DNA of 52,199 bases, from positions 1 to 52,199 of the IMG/VR virus record IMGVR_UViG_3300046011_003401; one strand, 5' to 3'. How positions within the stretch are numbered: the first letter of the stretch is position 1; each line of letters opens with the position of its first letter. The stretch is from a virus. Its lineage: Duplodnaviria; Caudoviricetes. A model generated the notes under the pieces. The model worked only from the letters and a program-made list of their open reading frames with translations. It was not told the DNA's origin and did not search any database. Position numbers and translations under genes: made by a program. Of the stretch, positions 35,916 through 45,133 are shown piece after piece.

Positions 35916-38900
35916 ATGGCAAATACAGTAAAAGTAAGACGTTCAGCAACACCGAGTGCAGTTCCAACAGTTGGACAACTTGCACTTGGTGAAATAGCCG
36001 TTAATACATATGACGGTAAGATGTTTATTAAAAAAGATGTAAGTGGTACACAAACCATTGTAGAAATAACAGGTGGTGGTGGGGCTACTATCACTCAAGC
36101 TATTGCTGGTGATACTGGCACAGATAATGTTACACTTGGTACAGATACTCTAACTTTTGTTGGCGGAACTGGAATAACTTCAGCAGTAACTAATAATACA
36201 GTTACTATGGATATAGACTCTACTGTTGCTACACTTACTGGCACTCAAACTTTAACAAATAAAACTATTGCTGCAGGTTCAAATACTATTACTGGTTTAA
36301 CCAATACTAATTTGTCTGGTACTGCAGGTATTACAAATGCAAACTTAGCTAATAGTTCTATTACTATTGGCACTACTGCGATATCTCTTGGATCTTCTAG
36401 CACAACAATAGCTGGATTGAATGATATTAATTTTAGTTTAACACCAACAGTAACTCTAGCTGCTGGTAAACAATATTGGAACGTTGATCATGGTGGTCTT
36501 GAAGTTGCATTTAATGCTAATACTTCTGCTACTCTCGGACAAGATAACTTCTATTATGTAAAAGCAAGTTCTGCTATCACCAAAGGTCAACTCTGTTATT
36601 TTACTGGTACAGTAGGTGCCAGTGGCATAATTACTGCTGCACCAGCAACTTCTGGAATTACAAACCCAAGTTATATGGTTGGTATTGCAGCTGAATCGAT
36701 ATCTCTTAATAGTTTTGGTTATATACAAAATCTGGGATTATTAAAAGGATTTGATACATCAGCATTTACTTCGGGTGCTATTCTTTATTATGATTCAGTT
36801 AATGGTGGTATGACTTCAACATATCCAACAACTGGCATTTTAGTTCAAGTTGCTGCTGTCATTAATTCTGGTGCTGGTGGTTCTGGTTCTGTATTAGTTC
36901 GTTTAACTACACAACAAAGATTAACTGGATCTGCAGGAGTTACTGTAACGCAAACTGCTACTGGGTCTGCATTTACAGTAGACTCAACAGTTGCTACTCT
37001 AACTGGCACTCAAACTCTCACTAATAAAACTTTAACTAGCCCAACCCTAACTGCTCCAGTATTAGGAACACCAGCTTCTGGTAACTTCAGCACTGGTACA
37101 TTTACATGGCCAACATTTAATCAAAGCACAACTGGTTCTGCAGCTACATTAACGACAGCAAGAACAATCAATGGTGTATCGTTCAATGGTTCTGCTAATA
37201 TTACTATTACTGCAGCAACTCCAAATGCTTTAACTATTGGCACTGGTTTAAGTGGAACATCTTACACTGGAGCATCTGCAGTTACTATCGCACTAGCTAC
37301 TGGTTACGGTGATACATTAAATCCTTATGCTAGCAAAACTGCTAATTTTGTACTAGCTGCACCTACTGGCGTAGCTGGTGTACCTACATTCCGTGCTATT
37401 GTTGCTGCAGATATTCCTACACTTAATCAGAATACTACTGGTACTGCTGCTGGTCTTTCAGCAACTCTTGCTGTTGCTTCTGGTGGTACTGGTGTTACAA
37501 CTTCTACAGGAACTGGATCAGTTGTATTAAGCGCATCGCCAGCACTTACTGGTACTGCTACAGCAGTCAATTTAACACTAAGTGGTGATTTAACTGTTAA
37601 TGGTACGACTACTACAATAAACTCTACAACAATATCTGTTGATGATAAAAATATTGAACTTGGTAGTGTAACAACACCAACAAATATTACTGCAGATGGT
37701 GGTGGTATCACTCTTAAGGGTGCTACAGATAAAACATTTAACTGGGTTAGTGCAACTAATGCTTGGACTTCATCTGAAAACTTAGCCCTTGCTGCTGGAA
37801 AAAATATTCTATTAAATGGTACTACATCTGGAACTATTACCTTAGCATCAACAGCAGTTGCTGGAACAAATACTATTACTTTGCCAGCTGTGACTGGTAC
37901 AGTAATTACTACTGGTGATACTGGAACAGTTACTAACACAATGTTGGCTGGTTCTATCGCCAATACTAAACTAGTAAATAGTTCTGTCACTGTTGGTACT
38001 ACTGCAATAGCATTGGGTGCTTCGAGCACTACTTTAGCAGGATTAACATCAGTTACTTCAACAGGATTTACTGGTGCTCTTACTGGTAATGCAGACACAG
38101 CAACATCGGCTGGTAAATGGACAACTGCTCGTAACCTTGCAGGTAACTCAGTAGATGGATCTGCTGCGGTGGCATTTGCAAATAAATTCATTGTTCAAGG
38201 AACTACTGATACTGGATTATCTGGTGCTCAGTTTTTAGGTTCTCTTGGAACTGGTATTGTTAAAAATACAACCACAACTGGTGTTCTTTCTATTGCAGTT
38301 GCTGGTGATTTTCCAACGCTTAATCAGAATACAAGTGGTACAGCAGCAGGTCTATCAGCTACTCTTGTTGCTACTTCAGGTGGTACTGGTCAATCTACAT
38401 ATGCAATAGGTGACTTGCTACAAGGTGGCGCAACTAATACGCTAACTAAACTAGCTGCAGTTGCAACAGGTAACGTATTACTTTCAGGTGGCGTTACTAC
38501 TGCATCTTCATGGGGTAAAGTTGGTTTAACTACTCATATATCAGGAACTCTTCCAGTAGGTAACGGTGGTACTGGTTTAACTACTTTAACCGCTAATTAC
38601 ATTCCTTATGGTAATGGAACAAGCGCGTTTCAGTCTAGTGCTGGCTTAACCTATAATTCAAGTGGACTAGGTGTTGGTGCTGCCGCAGCTACAATTCTTG
38701 ATGTAACTGCCACTGGCGGTATGATGCGAATTAATGGAGCATCAGGCAATAATTTAATACAAGCGCAAACAGGTGCTACTGTTGGTTTAGGGCTTTGGGC
38801 TGGTGGTAATTCACGATTATATTCATCAGGTGCATTAACACTTTCTGTAAATTCAACACTTACTACATCTGTTCCAACTGGATATGTAGATGCGGTAACA

Positions 38901-39308
38901 ATTCTTTCTGGTGGTAATGTAGGCATTGGTACTGCTAGTCCTGGCTATAAATTAGAAGTTAATGGTTCATTTGCTGCTACTACCAAATCATTCTTAATTG
39001 ACCATCCAACTAAACCTAACATGAAGTTGCGTTACGGTTCTCTTGAAGGTCCAGAAAATGGCGTTTATGTTCGTGGTAGATTAACTGGTGATACTATCGA
39101 GTTACCTGACTATTGGCTAGGTTTAGTTCATGAAGATTCAATCACTGTGAGTTTAACACCAATTGGACAACATCAAAAACTTTATGTAAAAGATATTGTT
39201 GATAATACTATCGTAGTTGGTAATGAAAATTTATTAGGCAAGACTAACTGTTTCTATACAGTATTTGCTGAACGTAAAGACGTCGATAAACTTGAAGTAG
39301 AGATTTAA
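35916..39308 (+). CDS. long Ser/Thr/Gly-rich tail fibre with Mtd-N-like N-terminus and C-terminal KSF.IDHP domain
   Basis: VKVRRSA....VPT..QLALGEIAVNTYDGK; LTVNGTTTTINSTT..VDDKNIELG; GNVGIGT.SP; KSFLIDHP...LEGPE...LPDYW..LV. Confidence 0.82.
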   Translation: MANTVKVRRSATPSAVPTVGQLALGEIAVNTYDGKMFIKKDVSGTQTIVEITGGGGATITQAIAGDTGTDNVTLGTDTLTFVGGTGITSAVTNNTVTMDIDSTVATLTGTQTLTNKTIAAGSNTITGLTNTNLSGTAGITNANLANSSITIGTTAISLGSSSTTIAGLNDINFSLTPTVTLAAGKQYWNVDHGGLEVAFNANTSATLGQDNFYYVKASSAITKGQLCYFTGTVGASGIITAAPATSGITNPSYMVGIAAESISLNSFGYIQNLGLLKGFDTSAFTSGAILYYDSVNGGMTSTYPTTGILVQVAAVINSGAGGSGSVLVRLTTQQRLTGSAGVTVTQTATGSAFTVDSTVATLTGTQTLTNKTLTSPTLTAPVLGTPASGNFSTGTFTWPTFNQSTTGSAATLTTARTINGVSFNGSANITITAATPNALTIGTGLSGTSYTGASAVTIALATGYGDTLNPYASKTANFVLAAPTGVAGVPTFRAIVAADIPTLNQNTTGTAAGLSATLAVASGGTGVTTSTGTGSVVLSASPALTGTATAVNLTLSGDLTVNGTTTTINSTTISVDDKNIELGSVTTPTNITADGGGITLKGATDKTFNWVSATNAWTSSENLALAAGKNILLNGTTSGTITLASTAVAGTNTITLPAVTGTVITTGDTGTVTNTMLAGSIANTKLVNSSVTVGTTAIALGASSTTLAGLTSVTSTGFTGALTGNADTATSAGKWTTARNLAGNSVDGSAAVAFANKFIVQGTTDTGLSGAQFLGSLGTGIVKNTTTTGVLSIAVAGDFPTLNQNTSGTAAGLSATLVATSGGTGQSTYAIGDLLQGGATNTLTKLAAVATGNVLLSGGVTTASSWGKVGLTTHISGTLPVGNGGTGLTTLTANYIPYGNGTSAFQSSAGLTYNSSGLGVGAAAATILDVTATGGMMRINGASGNNLIQAQTGATVGLGLWAGGNSRLYSSGALTLSVNSTLTTSVPTGYVDAVTILSGGNVGIGTASPGYKLEVNGSFAATTKSFLIDHPTKPNMKLRYGSLEGPENGVYVRGRLTGDTIELPDYWLGLVHEDSITVSLTPIGQHQKLYVKDIVDNTIVVGNENLLGKTNCFYTVFAERKDVDKLEVEI

Positions 39309-39311
39309 ACC

Positions 39312-39959
39312 ATGGCAGTTAATTATAATACACGTATTATTACTAATGGTTTAAGAAACTCTACTGATTTATCTAATATTAAATCGTTTGTTTCTGGGCT
39401 TAATATTACGGATACAGTTGCTGGTGGAACAGGTTCTGCATTAATACCAAACTCTTCTGTATCTTGGATGAACGCTGGTGTTAGTTCAGTAACAATAACT
39501 ATAATCTTAACTAGATTAACAGCAAATGCTGCATATTCTACAAACCCACTCACCAAGTATGCTAGCACAACAGATTGTTCATTCTCTATTTACTTGTTTG
39601 GTAACTCTGCAGGTGCTGCACCAGCAGATGATGGAAAATTAGGATTATATAGTAATGCCGGTGGGACTTGGCAACAATTAGGTGCAATGTATTCTATGGC
39701 ATTAAACCAAACAGTAATTGCAACTTGGCAATATAATTCTAGCACTGGATGTCAAGCATGGATAAATGGTGTTAAGAATGGTGGAAGAAGTGGATCTGGT
39801 ATTTTTGGAACCGCAGCTAATACTACAGCTTTAGTTAGACTTATGCCTGCATCTAGCACAGTACTTAATATGAATTATACTTCAATATATGATAGAGAAT
39901 TATCAGATTCTGAAGTGGTTCAAAACTTTAACGCACTTCGTGGAAGGTTTGGTATATAA
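39312..39959 (+). CDS. LamG/ConA-like lectin domain protein 1
   Basis: IITNGL start; AWINGV and IYDRELS..EV.QNFNALRGRFGI. Confidence 0.75.
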   Translation: MAVNYNTRIITNGLRNSTDLSNIKSFVSGLNITDTVAGGTGSALIPNSSVSWMNAGVSSVTITIILTRLTANAAYSTNPLTKYASTTDCSFSIYLFGNSAGAAPADDGKLGLYSNAGGTWQQLGAMYSMALNQTVIATWQYNSSTGCQAWINGVKNGGRSGSGIFGTAANTTALVRLMPASSTVLNMNYTSIYDRELSDSEVVQNFNALRGRFGI

Positions 39960-41020
39960 TGGCACTAGCACATTCACCACAAGTAGTAACTAACGGTTTA
40001 GTATACTACTATGATATGAGCAATACTCAAAAGTCGTGGAAAGGTGCACCTACAACTAACTTGTTTGGTGATGCTGTAAATTATGCTGGCTTAAATAGTT
40101 ATTGGTACTTACTAAACAATGCCACAAATTATTTTCTATTAAGTAGTTCTTATAATAGTTGGTGTATGAGTTATGGATGTACTCTAGCTGCCTCTACTCA
40201 ATATACTGTATCTTTTGAATATAAAACTTCCCTCGCAGGAACTTTAACGATAGATAATGATGGGGTTGATGACAACACCTGGAATGCTACGATAAACACT
40301 ATTACATCTTGGCAAAAATATACATTTACTCGCACACAAATTACAGCTGGAGCATTAACATTATATTTTAGAAGAAATACAGGCGGAGATATAGAGGTGC
40401 GCAATGTTCAAATTGAGGCAGGCGCATTTGCTACTCCCTTTGTAAAAGGATCTCGAACAAATACACAAGCTATTGTAGATTTAACTGGTGTTAATACTGT
40501 TACCGCAACTAGTTTAACGTATGCTAGTGATAATACTTTTAGTTTTAATGGCACTGGGTCTATATCTTTTACTAACCCACTCTCTGCTCAAACTAATTTA
40601 GGACAAGAATGGACTGTGATTGCTTGGGTCAATATAGACACTTCGATAAACCAAAGATTAATAATTGGGCTTAATTCCAGTCTTTATCTAACCACAGGTA
40701 GTAACACCTCCCTACTCTATTTAAACGGTGGCGTAAATGATTACTACACTTATGGTGGTGCAATAGGTGGTGTAGGATGGTGTCAAGTAGTGTTTAGATT
40801 TAGGAACTCGGACGGAGCTAGAACAATTTACAAAAACGGAGTGAATATTTCCACTGGTGGGCCAAACCTCACAAGTATACCCTCTGGAAATTCAGGAACT
40901 TTTACACTTGGCACCGCCGTAAACGGTTTAATAAGTAATACTATGATATATAATCGATATATTACTGATGCAGAAGTTAAACAAAACTTCAATGCACTTC
41001 GAGGGAGATATGGATTATGA
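39959..41020 (+). CDS. LamG/ConA-like lectin protein 2 with an inserted CBM-like domain
   Basis: VVTNGLVYYYD; QYTVSFEYK...WQKYTFT...VQIEAG..ATPF; IYNR.IT..EVKQNFNALRGRYGL. Confidence 0.75.
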   Translation: MALAHSPQVVTNGLVYYYDMSNTQKSWKGAPTTNLFGDAVNYAGLNSYWYLLNNATNYFLLSSSYNSWCMSYGCTLAASTQYTVSFEYKTSLAGTLTIDNDGVDDNTWNATINTITSWQKYTFTRTQITAGALTLYFRRNTGGDIEVRNVQIEAGAFATPFVKGSRTNTQAIVDLTGVNTVTATSLTYASDNTFSFNGTGSISFTNPLSAQTNLGQEWTVIAWVNIDTSINQRLIIGLNSSLYLTTGSNTSLLYLNGGVNDYYTYGGAIGGVGWCQVVFRFRNSDGARTIYKNGVNISTGGPNLTSIPSGNSGTFTLGTAVNGLISNTMIYNRYITDAEVKQNFNALRGRYGL

Positions 41021-41688
41021 GTGCTTTTAGTGGTCCTAATGTAGAAACAACTGGTCTTATTTCTATGCTTAGTAATAAAAACCCTAAAGTAACTTTAGGG
41101 TCAAATGTAATTAAAGATATAGTAAATAATTCTGCAACTACTACATCTGGCTTATCTTATGAAGGTGATAATAAAACATATTATTTTAATGGTTCATCAT
41201 CTATTACTCTACCATACGTATCAAGTATGAATTTTAATAATAGCCAAACTATTATGATGTGGATAAAACCAACTGATACTACGGATGCTAGACGAAATCC
41301 ATATAATCAGGCATATGGTGGTGCAGGTACTATAACTTTTGAACCATCAAGGCAGTTTAATTATTTTTGGGGTACTACTGGTACTGATGGTATAACATAT
41401 ACTTCAATAACCTCTTCATTTACTGTTGCTCGAAATGAGACCGCCCATATAGCTATTACAAGAAATTCAACTACTACTAGTTGGTATAAAAATGGTGTAT
41501 TAACTAATAGCGTAGCTAATCCTTATGCAACTACAACTTTAACTGGTACAAGTCCTATAATAATTGGTTCTGGATATGCTGGAGGATATATTGGATACAT
41601 ATATTCATTTAAAGTTTATAACTCTGCCTTATCAGCAACAAAGATTAAACAAAATTTCAATGCCTTGCGAGGTCGTTTTGGCATATAA
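41017..41688 (+). CDS. LamG/ConA-like lectin domain protein 3
   Basis: YFNGSS, TIMMWIKP, HIAITR...WYKNGV, VYNSALS...IKQNFNALRGRFGI. Confidence 0.78.
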   Translation: MSAFSGPNVETTGLISMLSNKNPKVTLGSNVIKDIVNNSATTTSGLSYEGDNKTYYFNGSSSITLPYVSSMNFNNSQTIMMWIKPTDTTDARRNPYNQAYGGAGTITFEPSRQFNYFWGTTGTDGITYTSITSSFTVARNETAHIAITRNSTTTSWYKNGVLTNSVANPYATTTLTGTSPIIIGSGYAGGYIGYIYSFKVYNSALSATKIKQNFNALRGRFGI

Positions 41689-41710
41689 ATATATCAATAA
41701 GGGGTAAGTT

Positions 41711-42802
41711 GTGGCAGGTAAAATATTAATAACGCCTAATGCAGGCTCTACGACTGTAGACCCAACTATTGCCTTTCAAGGTGCTGGTGTTGCTACAGAT
41801 ATAACTTTACGAGTTCCTTCAATTGGAGGACTATCCTTTGAGGGTACAACAGGGCAATTATTCTCTATTTCAGATTCAATGTCTGGAACAATATTCTCCG
41901 TTAATGACATATCTGGAATACCCAGTATTGAGGTATTAGATACAGGTTTGGTAAAACTTGCCCAATACTCTGGCAATATGTTAATTGGAACTGGAACAGA
42001 TAATGCCACAGATAAACTTCAAGTAAATGGTTCTATTACAAGTACAGTATTAAAGTCTTCGATAGCAACTGGTACTGCTCCACTAACAGTTACATCTACA
42101 ACAAGAGTTTCGAACTTAAACGTTGCAACAGCTGGTACTGCAGATACACTAACAACTGCTAGAACTATTAATGGAACGTCATTTAATGGTTCTGCAAACA
42201 TAACAGTTACAGCTAATACAACTAACGCACTGACAATTGGTACTGGATTAAGCGGAACATCTTTTAATGGATCAGCTGCAGTTACTGTTGCATTAGCAAC
42301 TGGTTATGGCGATACATTAAATCCCTATGCAAGCAAAACGGCAAACTTTGTTTTAGCCGCACCAACTGGCATTGCAGGAGTTCCAACATTTCGCGCTATT
42401 GTTGCCGCAGACATTCCAAATGCAGCATCAGGGGCTTGGTTTAGTGGGGTTGTAAAAGTTGCAGGCGATGGGGTAATGGAAGTAGGTCGTTATATTGATT
42501 TTCATAGCACTAATGCTGGCACATCAGATTATGATGTAAGGATAGATTGTAGTGGTGTAGGTGCTATTGGTTTTGGAAGCGCAACAGTATCTGCAACAAC
42601 ATTTTCAGGGGCATTATCAGGCAATGCTACAACCGCAACATCAAGTTCAATAGCTGGCGGTGTAGTATGGGAGAATCATAGAGTAATATCAGCTAACTAT
42701 ACAATGACAGCCGACAAGTCTGGTATAAGTGCTGGGCCAATTACAATAAATACTGGAATTACAGTAACAATACCCAGTGGTGGTCGTTGGGTTATATTAT
42801 AA
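41711..42802 (+). CDS. tail fibre protein (GTG start) ending in GPITI...RWVIL
   Basis: LSFEG..GQLFSISDS.SGTIFSVND.SGIPSIEV; shares about 90 aa with 35916-39308; C-terminus like 29631-31190. Confidence 0.75.
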   Translation: MAGKILITPNAGSTTVDPTIAFQGAGVATDITLRVPSIGGLSFEGTTGQLFSISDSMSGTIFSVNDISGIPSIEVLDTGLVKLAQYSGNMLIGTGTDNATDKLQVNGSITSTVLKSSIATGTAPLTVTSTTRVSNLNVATAGTADTLTTARTINGTSFNGSANITVTANTTNALTIGTGLSGTSFNGSAAVTVALATGYGDTLNPYASKTANFVLAAPTGIAGVPTFRAIVAADIPNAASGAWFSGVVKVAGDGVMEVGRYIDFHSTNAGTSDYDVRIDCSGVGAIGFGSATVSATTFSGALSGNATTATSSSIAGGVVWENHRVISANYTMTADKSGISAGPITINTGITVTIPSGGRWVIL

Positions 42803-42803
42803 T

Positions 42804-42876
42804 AAAAATACCTCGCATAGAAATTATAGCGAGGTATTTTTTCATCCTTGACTTACCCCACCATACCTGCTATACT
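42804..42876 (+). promoter_or_regulatory. terminator-promoter cassette, a near copy of 33425-33498
   Basis: AAAAATACCTCGC...GCGAGGTATTTTT then CATCC-TTGACT (42848)-N17-TATACT (42871). Confidence 0.8.
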
Positions 42877-42902
42877 AAATAAAATTAATAAAGGATAAAA
42901 TC

Positions 42903-43496
42903 ATGGCAACCCCCGCAAAGGTAAATCTAGTAATTTATCAAGGCTCTACTTTTAGCGAAATCCTTCGTTGGGAGAGTAGCAGAAAAGTTTATAAACCTAT
43001 TACAGGTATAACTAATGCAGCGCCAGTTATTATAACTGCGCCGCTTCATAGTGTTCCAGATGGTTGGAGAGTTAGATTTACCAATGTAATTGGTATGAAA
43101 GAAATTAACTCAGCTGCAGATACTTATTCTACAGCAGTATTAAAAACAGAAAATACCATTGAAATTAATGCAATTAATAGTATTGCATATACTCCATATA
43201 CCTCAGGGGGTATTTTAGAATATAACGAACCAATAGATTTAGCTGGATATACAGCACGTATGCAAATACGTAATAAATTAGGTGATACAACATACTTATT
43301 AGATATGACTACTGAAAACGGTAGAATAATTCTTAATAATTCTGTTAAAACTATAGAATTAAAAATTACAGCTACTGATACTGCAGCTATTACTTGGACT
43401 AGCGGTGTATATTCACTAGAACTAGTATCTGCTGGTGGTGTAGTATCAACATTGATGAATGGTACTGTAACTGTAAAACAAGAAGTTACACGATAA
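42903..43496 (+). CDS. fibre-anchoring collar-like protein (T5 p132/LtfC-like) with an inserted E1-FCCH-like domain
   Basis: NLVIYQGSTF...PIDLAGYTARMQIR...GVYSLELV...GTVTVKQEVTR; insert ITGITNAAP...GMKEIN...AYTPYTSGG. Confidence 0.6.
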   Translation: MATPAKVNLVIYQGSTFSEILRWESSRKVYKPITGITNAAPVIITAPLHSVPDGWRVRFTNVIGMKEINSAADTYSTAVLKTENTIEINAINSIAYTPYTSGGILEYNEPIDLAGYTARMQIRNKLGDTTYLLDMTTENGRIILNNSVKTIELKITATDTAAITWTSGVYSLELVSAGGVVSTLMNGTVTVKQEVTR

Positions 43497-43630
43497 TGTT
43501 TGAAGATCAAATTATAGTACCTACGGTTATAGTTCCTGTAATTTTGACCCAACATACTTCTTCAACTATATATACAGTAGAATTTGATTCTACATATACT
43601 ACTCTGGTAACTACCAATGAATACTTATGA
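43496..43630 (+). CDS. 44-aa hypothetical protein (MFEDQIIV...), not in the ORF track
   Basis: TAATG-coupled start; shares 20 bp with the start of the next gene. Confidence 0.45.
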   Translation: MFEDQIIVPTVIVPVILTQHTSSTIYTVEFDSTYTTLVTTNEYL

Positions 43631-43931
43631 AGATCAAATTATAGTACGTAATGTAGTTGAAACTACTACTTTAGTATCCCAAGGGGCTCCCGGCCCTAAA
43701 GGGGATACTGGTATTCCGGAATCATCAGTTCCTTACAGTAAAAATGTAGATTTTGCATCTGATACTGTAGTATATAGGGCTGAAGCAGCAGTAGGCTCTT
43801 TAAATAGTGCGCCTGTGTGGAGAATTAGAAAAACAGTTATAGTTGGTGAAACTGTAACAGAAACATGGGCAAGCGGTACTGCCTTATTTAATAAAATATG
43901 GGATAATAGAATATCCTACATATATAGTTAA
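43617..43931 (+). CDS. hypothetical virion protein with a short collagen-like motif
   Basis: QGAPGPKGDTG; VWRIRK...WA.G...F.KIWDNR.SY.YS. Confidence 0.65.
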   Translation: MNTYEDQIIVRNVVETTTLVSQGAPGPKGDTGIPESSVPYSKNVDFASDTVVYRAEAAVGSLNSAPVWRIRKTVIVGETVTETWASGTALFNKIWDNRISYIYS

Positions 43932-43940
43932 GGGTATCGA

Positions 43941-44198
43941 ATGGAAAAGTTATTTATGTTATTTGCTGATGGTATTGCCAGCGGTGGACCGGCAGCAATT
44001 ATACTAATATTACTAGGGGTTATAGGAATATTAGTTTGGGATAGATTGGGTTTAATTAGATCTATGAAAGAAAACTCCTCACTATATCGTAGTGATATTA
44101 ATAGGGTTATTGATAAATATCAAGAAGGTCAAATTAATGTTATTCAAGCATTAAATGACATTAAACTAATCTTGGTAAAGGTAGAGGCTAAAGTATGA
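43941..44198 (+). CDS. single-TM holin-like membrane protein
   Basis: GGPAAIILILLGVIGILVW followed by an amphipathic coiled-coil tail. Confidence 0.55.
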   Translation: MEKLFMLFADGIASGGPAAIILILLGVIGILVWDRLGLIRSMKENSSLYRSDINRVIDKYQEGQINVIQALNDIKLILVKVEAKV

Positions 44199-45133
44199 GC
44201 CCCCTAGAAAGTTTATCTAACCTAATATTCTGGAGGAAGTCGTATAAAGATGCAATAGCCACTGATCTAAGTTCATTAGACTCTATTAATTCCAGATTAG
44301 AGGAGGTGGTATTAGATACTTCCTCTATTTCTAAACGTATTATTCGTAAACTCGAAAATAAAATTGAGTATATTCAACAGGAACTTTCTGAAAGGGAGGA
44401 ACTACTAGGTCATGTATTTTCAGGTGTATCTGACGTATTAATATTAAAAGATGGTGAAGGTCGTTGGAAACTTGTAAACTCTTATGGCAAAAAAGTATTT
44501 GGTATAGAACATAACGAATATAAAAACAAAACAGATTTTGAGATGTGTGATGTATCTCCAAGATTTAAAGAAATGTTTGAGTTATGTATAAAAACAGATA
44601 TTCAAGCATGGGAAACAAAAGAAATTATTGAAACTGAAGAACGTTCTGTAGATTCCTTTGGTGAAGAAGTAGTTTTTGATGTGATTAAAACCCCAATATT
44701 TAATGAAGACGGTTCCAGAAAGCATCTATTAGTTCATGGTAAAAATGTAACTGAAGAATTAGCTAATACAAAGCATATACGTATGCTAATGAATGCTTTA
44801 AATAAAGCATCAGATAGTATAACTGTTACAGACCATAATCATAATACTATTTATGCTAATGAAGCATTTTTAGACTTATATGGTTATAGCTTGGAAGAAA
44901 TATTAAATAAACCTAGAAAAATAGTAGCATCTGGTCAGACTCCAAATGAAACATATATTAGTATGTTTGAAAAAATTACCAAAGCTTTACCCTGGGCTGG
45001 TGAAATGATAAATAAAACTAAGTCTGGTGAAATATTGAATGAATTGATTTCAATAACTCCGGTTTTAAATGGGAAACCATATCCAATATACTATATTGCG
45101 GTAAATAGACCCCTCAATAAGGAAAATATATGA
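44195..45133 (+). CDS. coiled-coil + tandem PAS-domain protein with no output domain
   Basis: PAS1: DVLILKDGEGRW..VN...KTD...D......KTPIFNEDG...GKNVTE; PAS2: DSITVTD....IYANEAF..LYGYSLEEIL.K...I.ASG.TP...Y..M...W.GEMINKTKSG. Confidence 0.88.
   Translation: MSPLESLSNLIFWRKSYKDAIATDLSSLDSINSRLEEVVLDTSSISKRIIRKLENKIEYIQQELSEREELLGHVFSGVSDVLILKDGEGRWKLVNSYGKKVFGIEHNEYKNKTDFEMCDVSPRFKEMFELCIKTDIQAWETKEIIETEERSVDSFGEEVVFDVIKTPIFNEDGSRKHLLVHGKNVTEELANTKHIRMLMNALNKASDSITVTDHNHNTIYANEAFLDLYGYSLEEILNKPRKIVASGQTPNETYISMFEKITKALPWAGEMINKTKSGEILNELISITPVLNGKPYPIYYIAVNRPLNKENI

Noticed and set aside
33757-42802. Diversity-generating retroelement, suggested by Mtd-N-like N-termini and repeated segments
   Set aside because: No reverse transcriptase in the window; the repeats are both coding and differ mostly at synonymous sites, not specifically at adenines.
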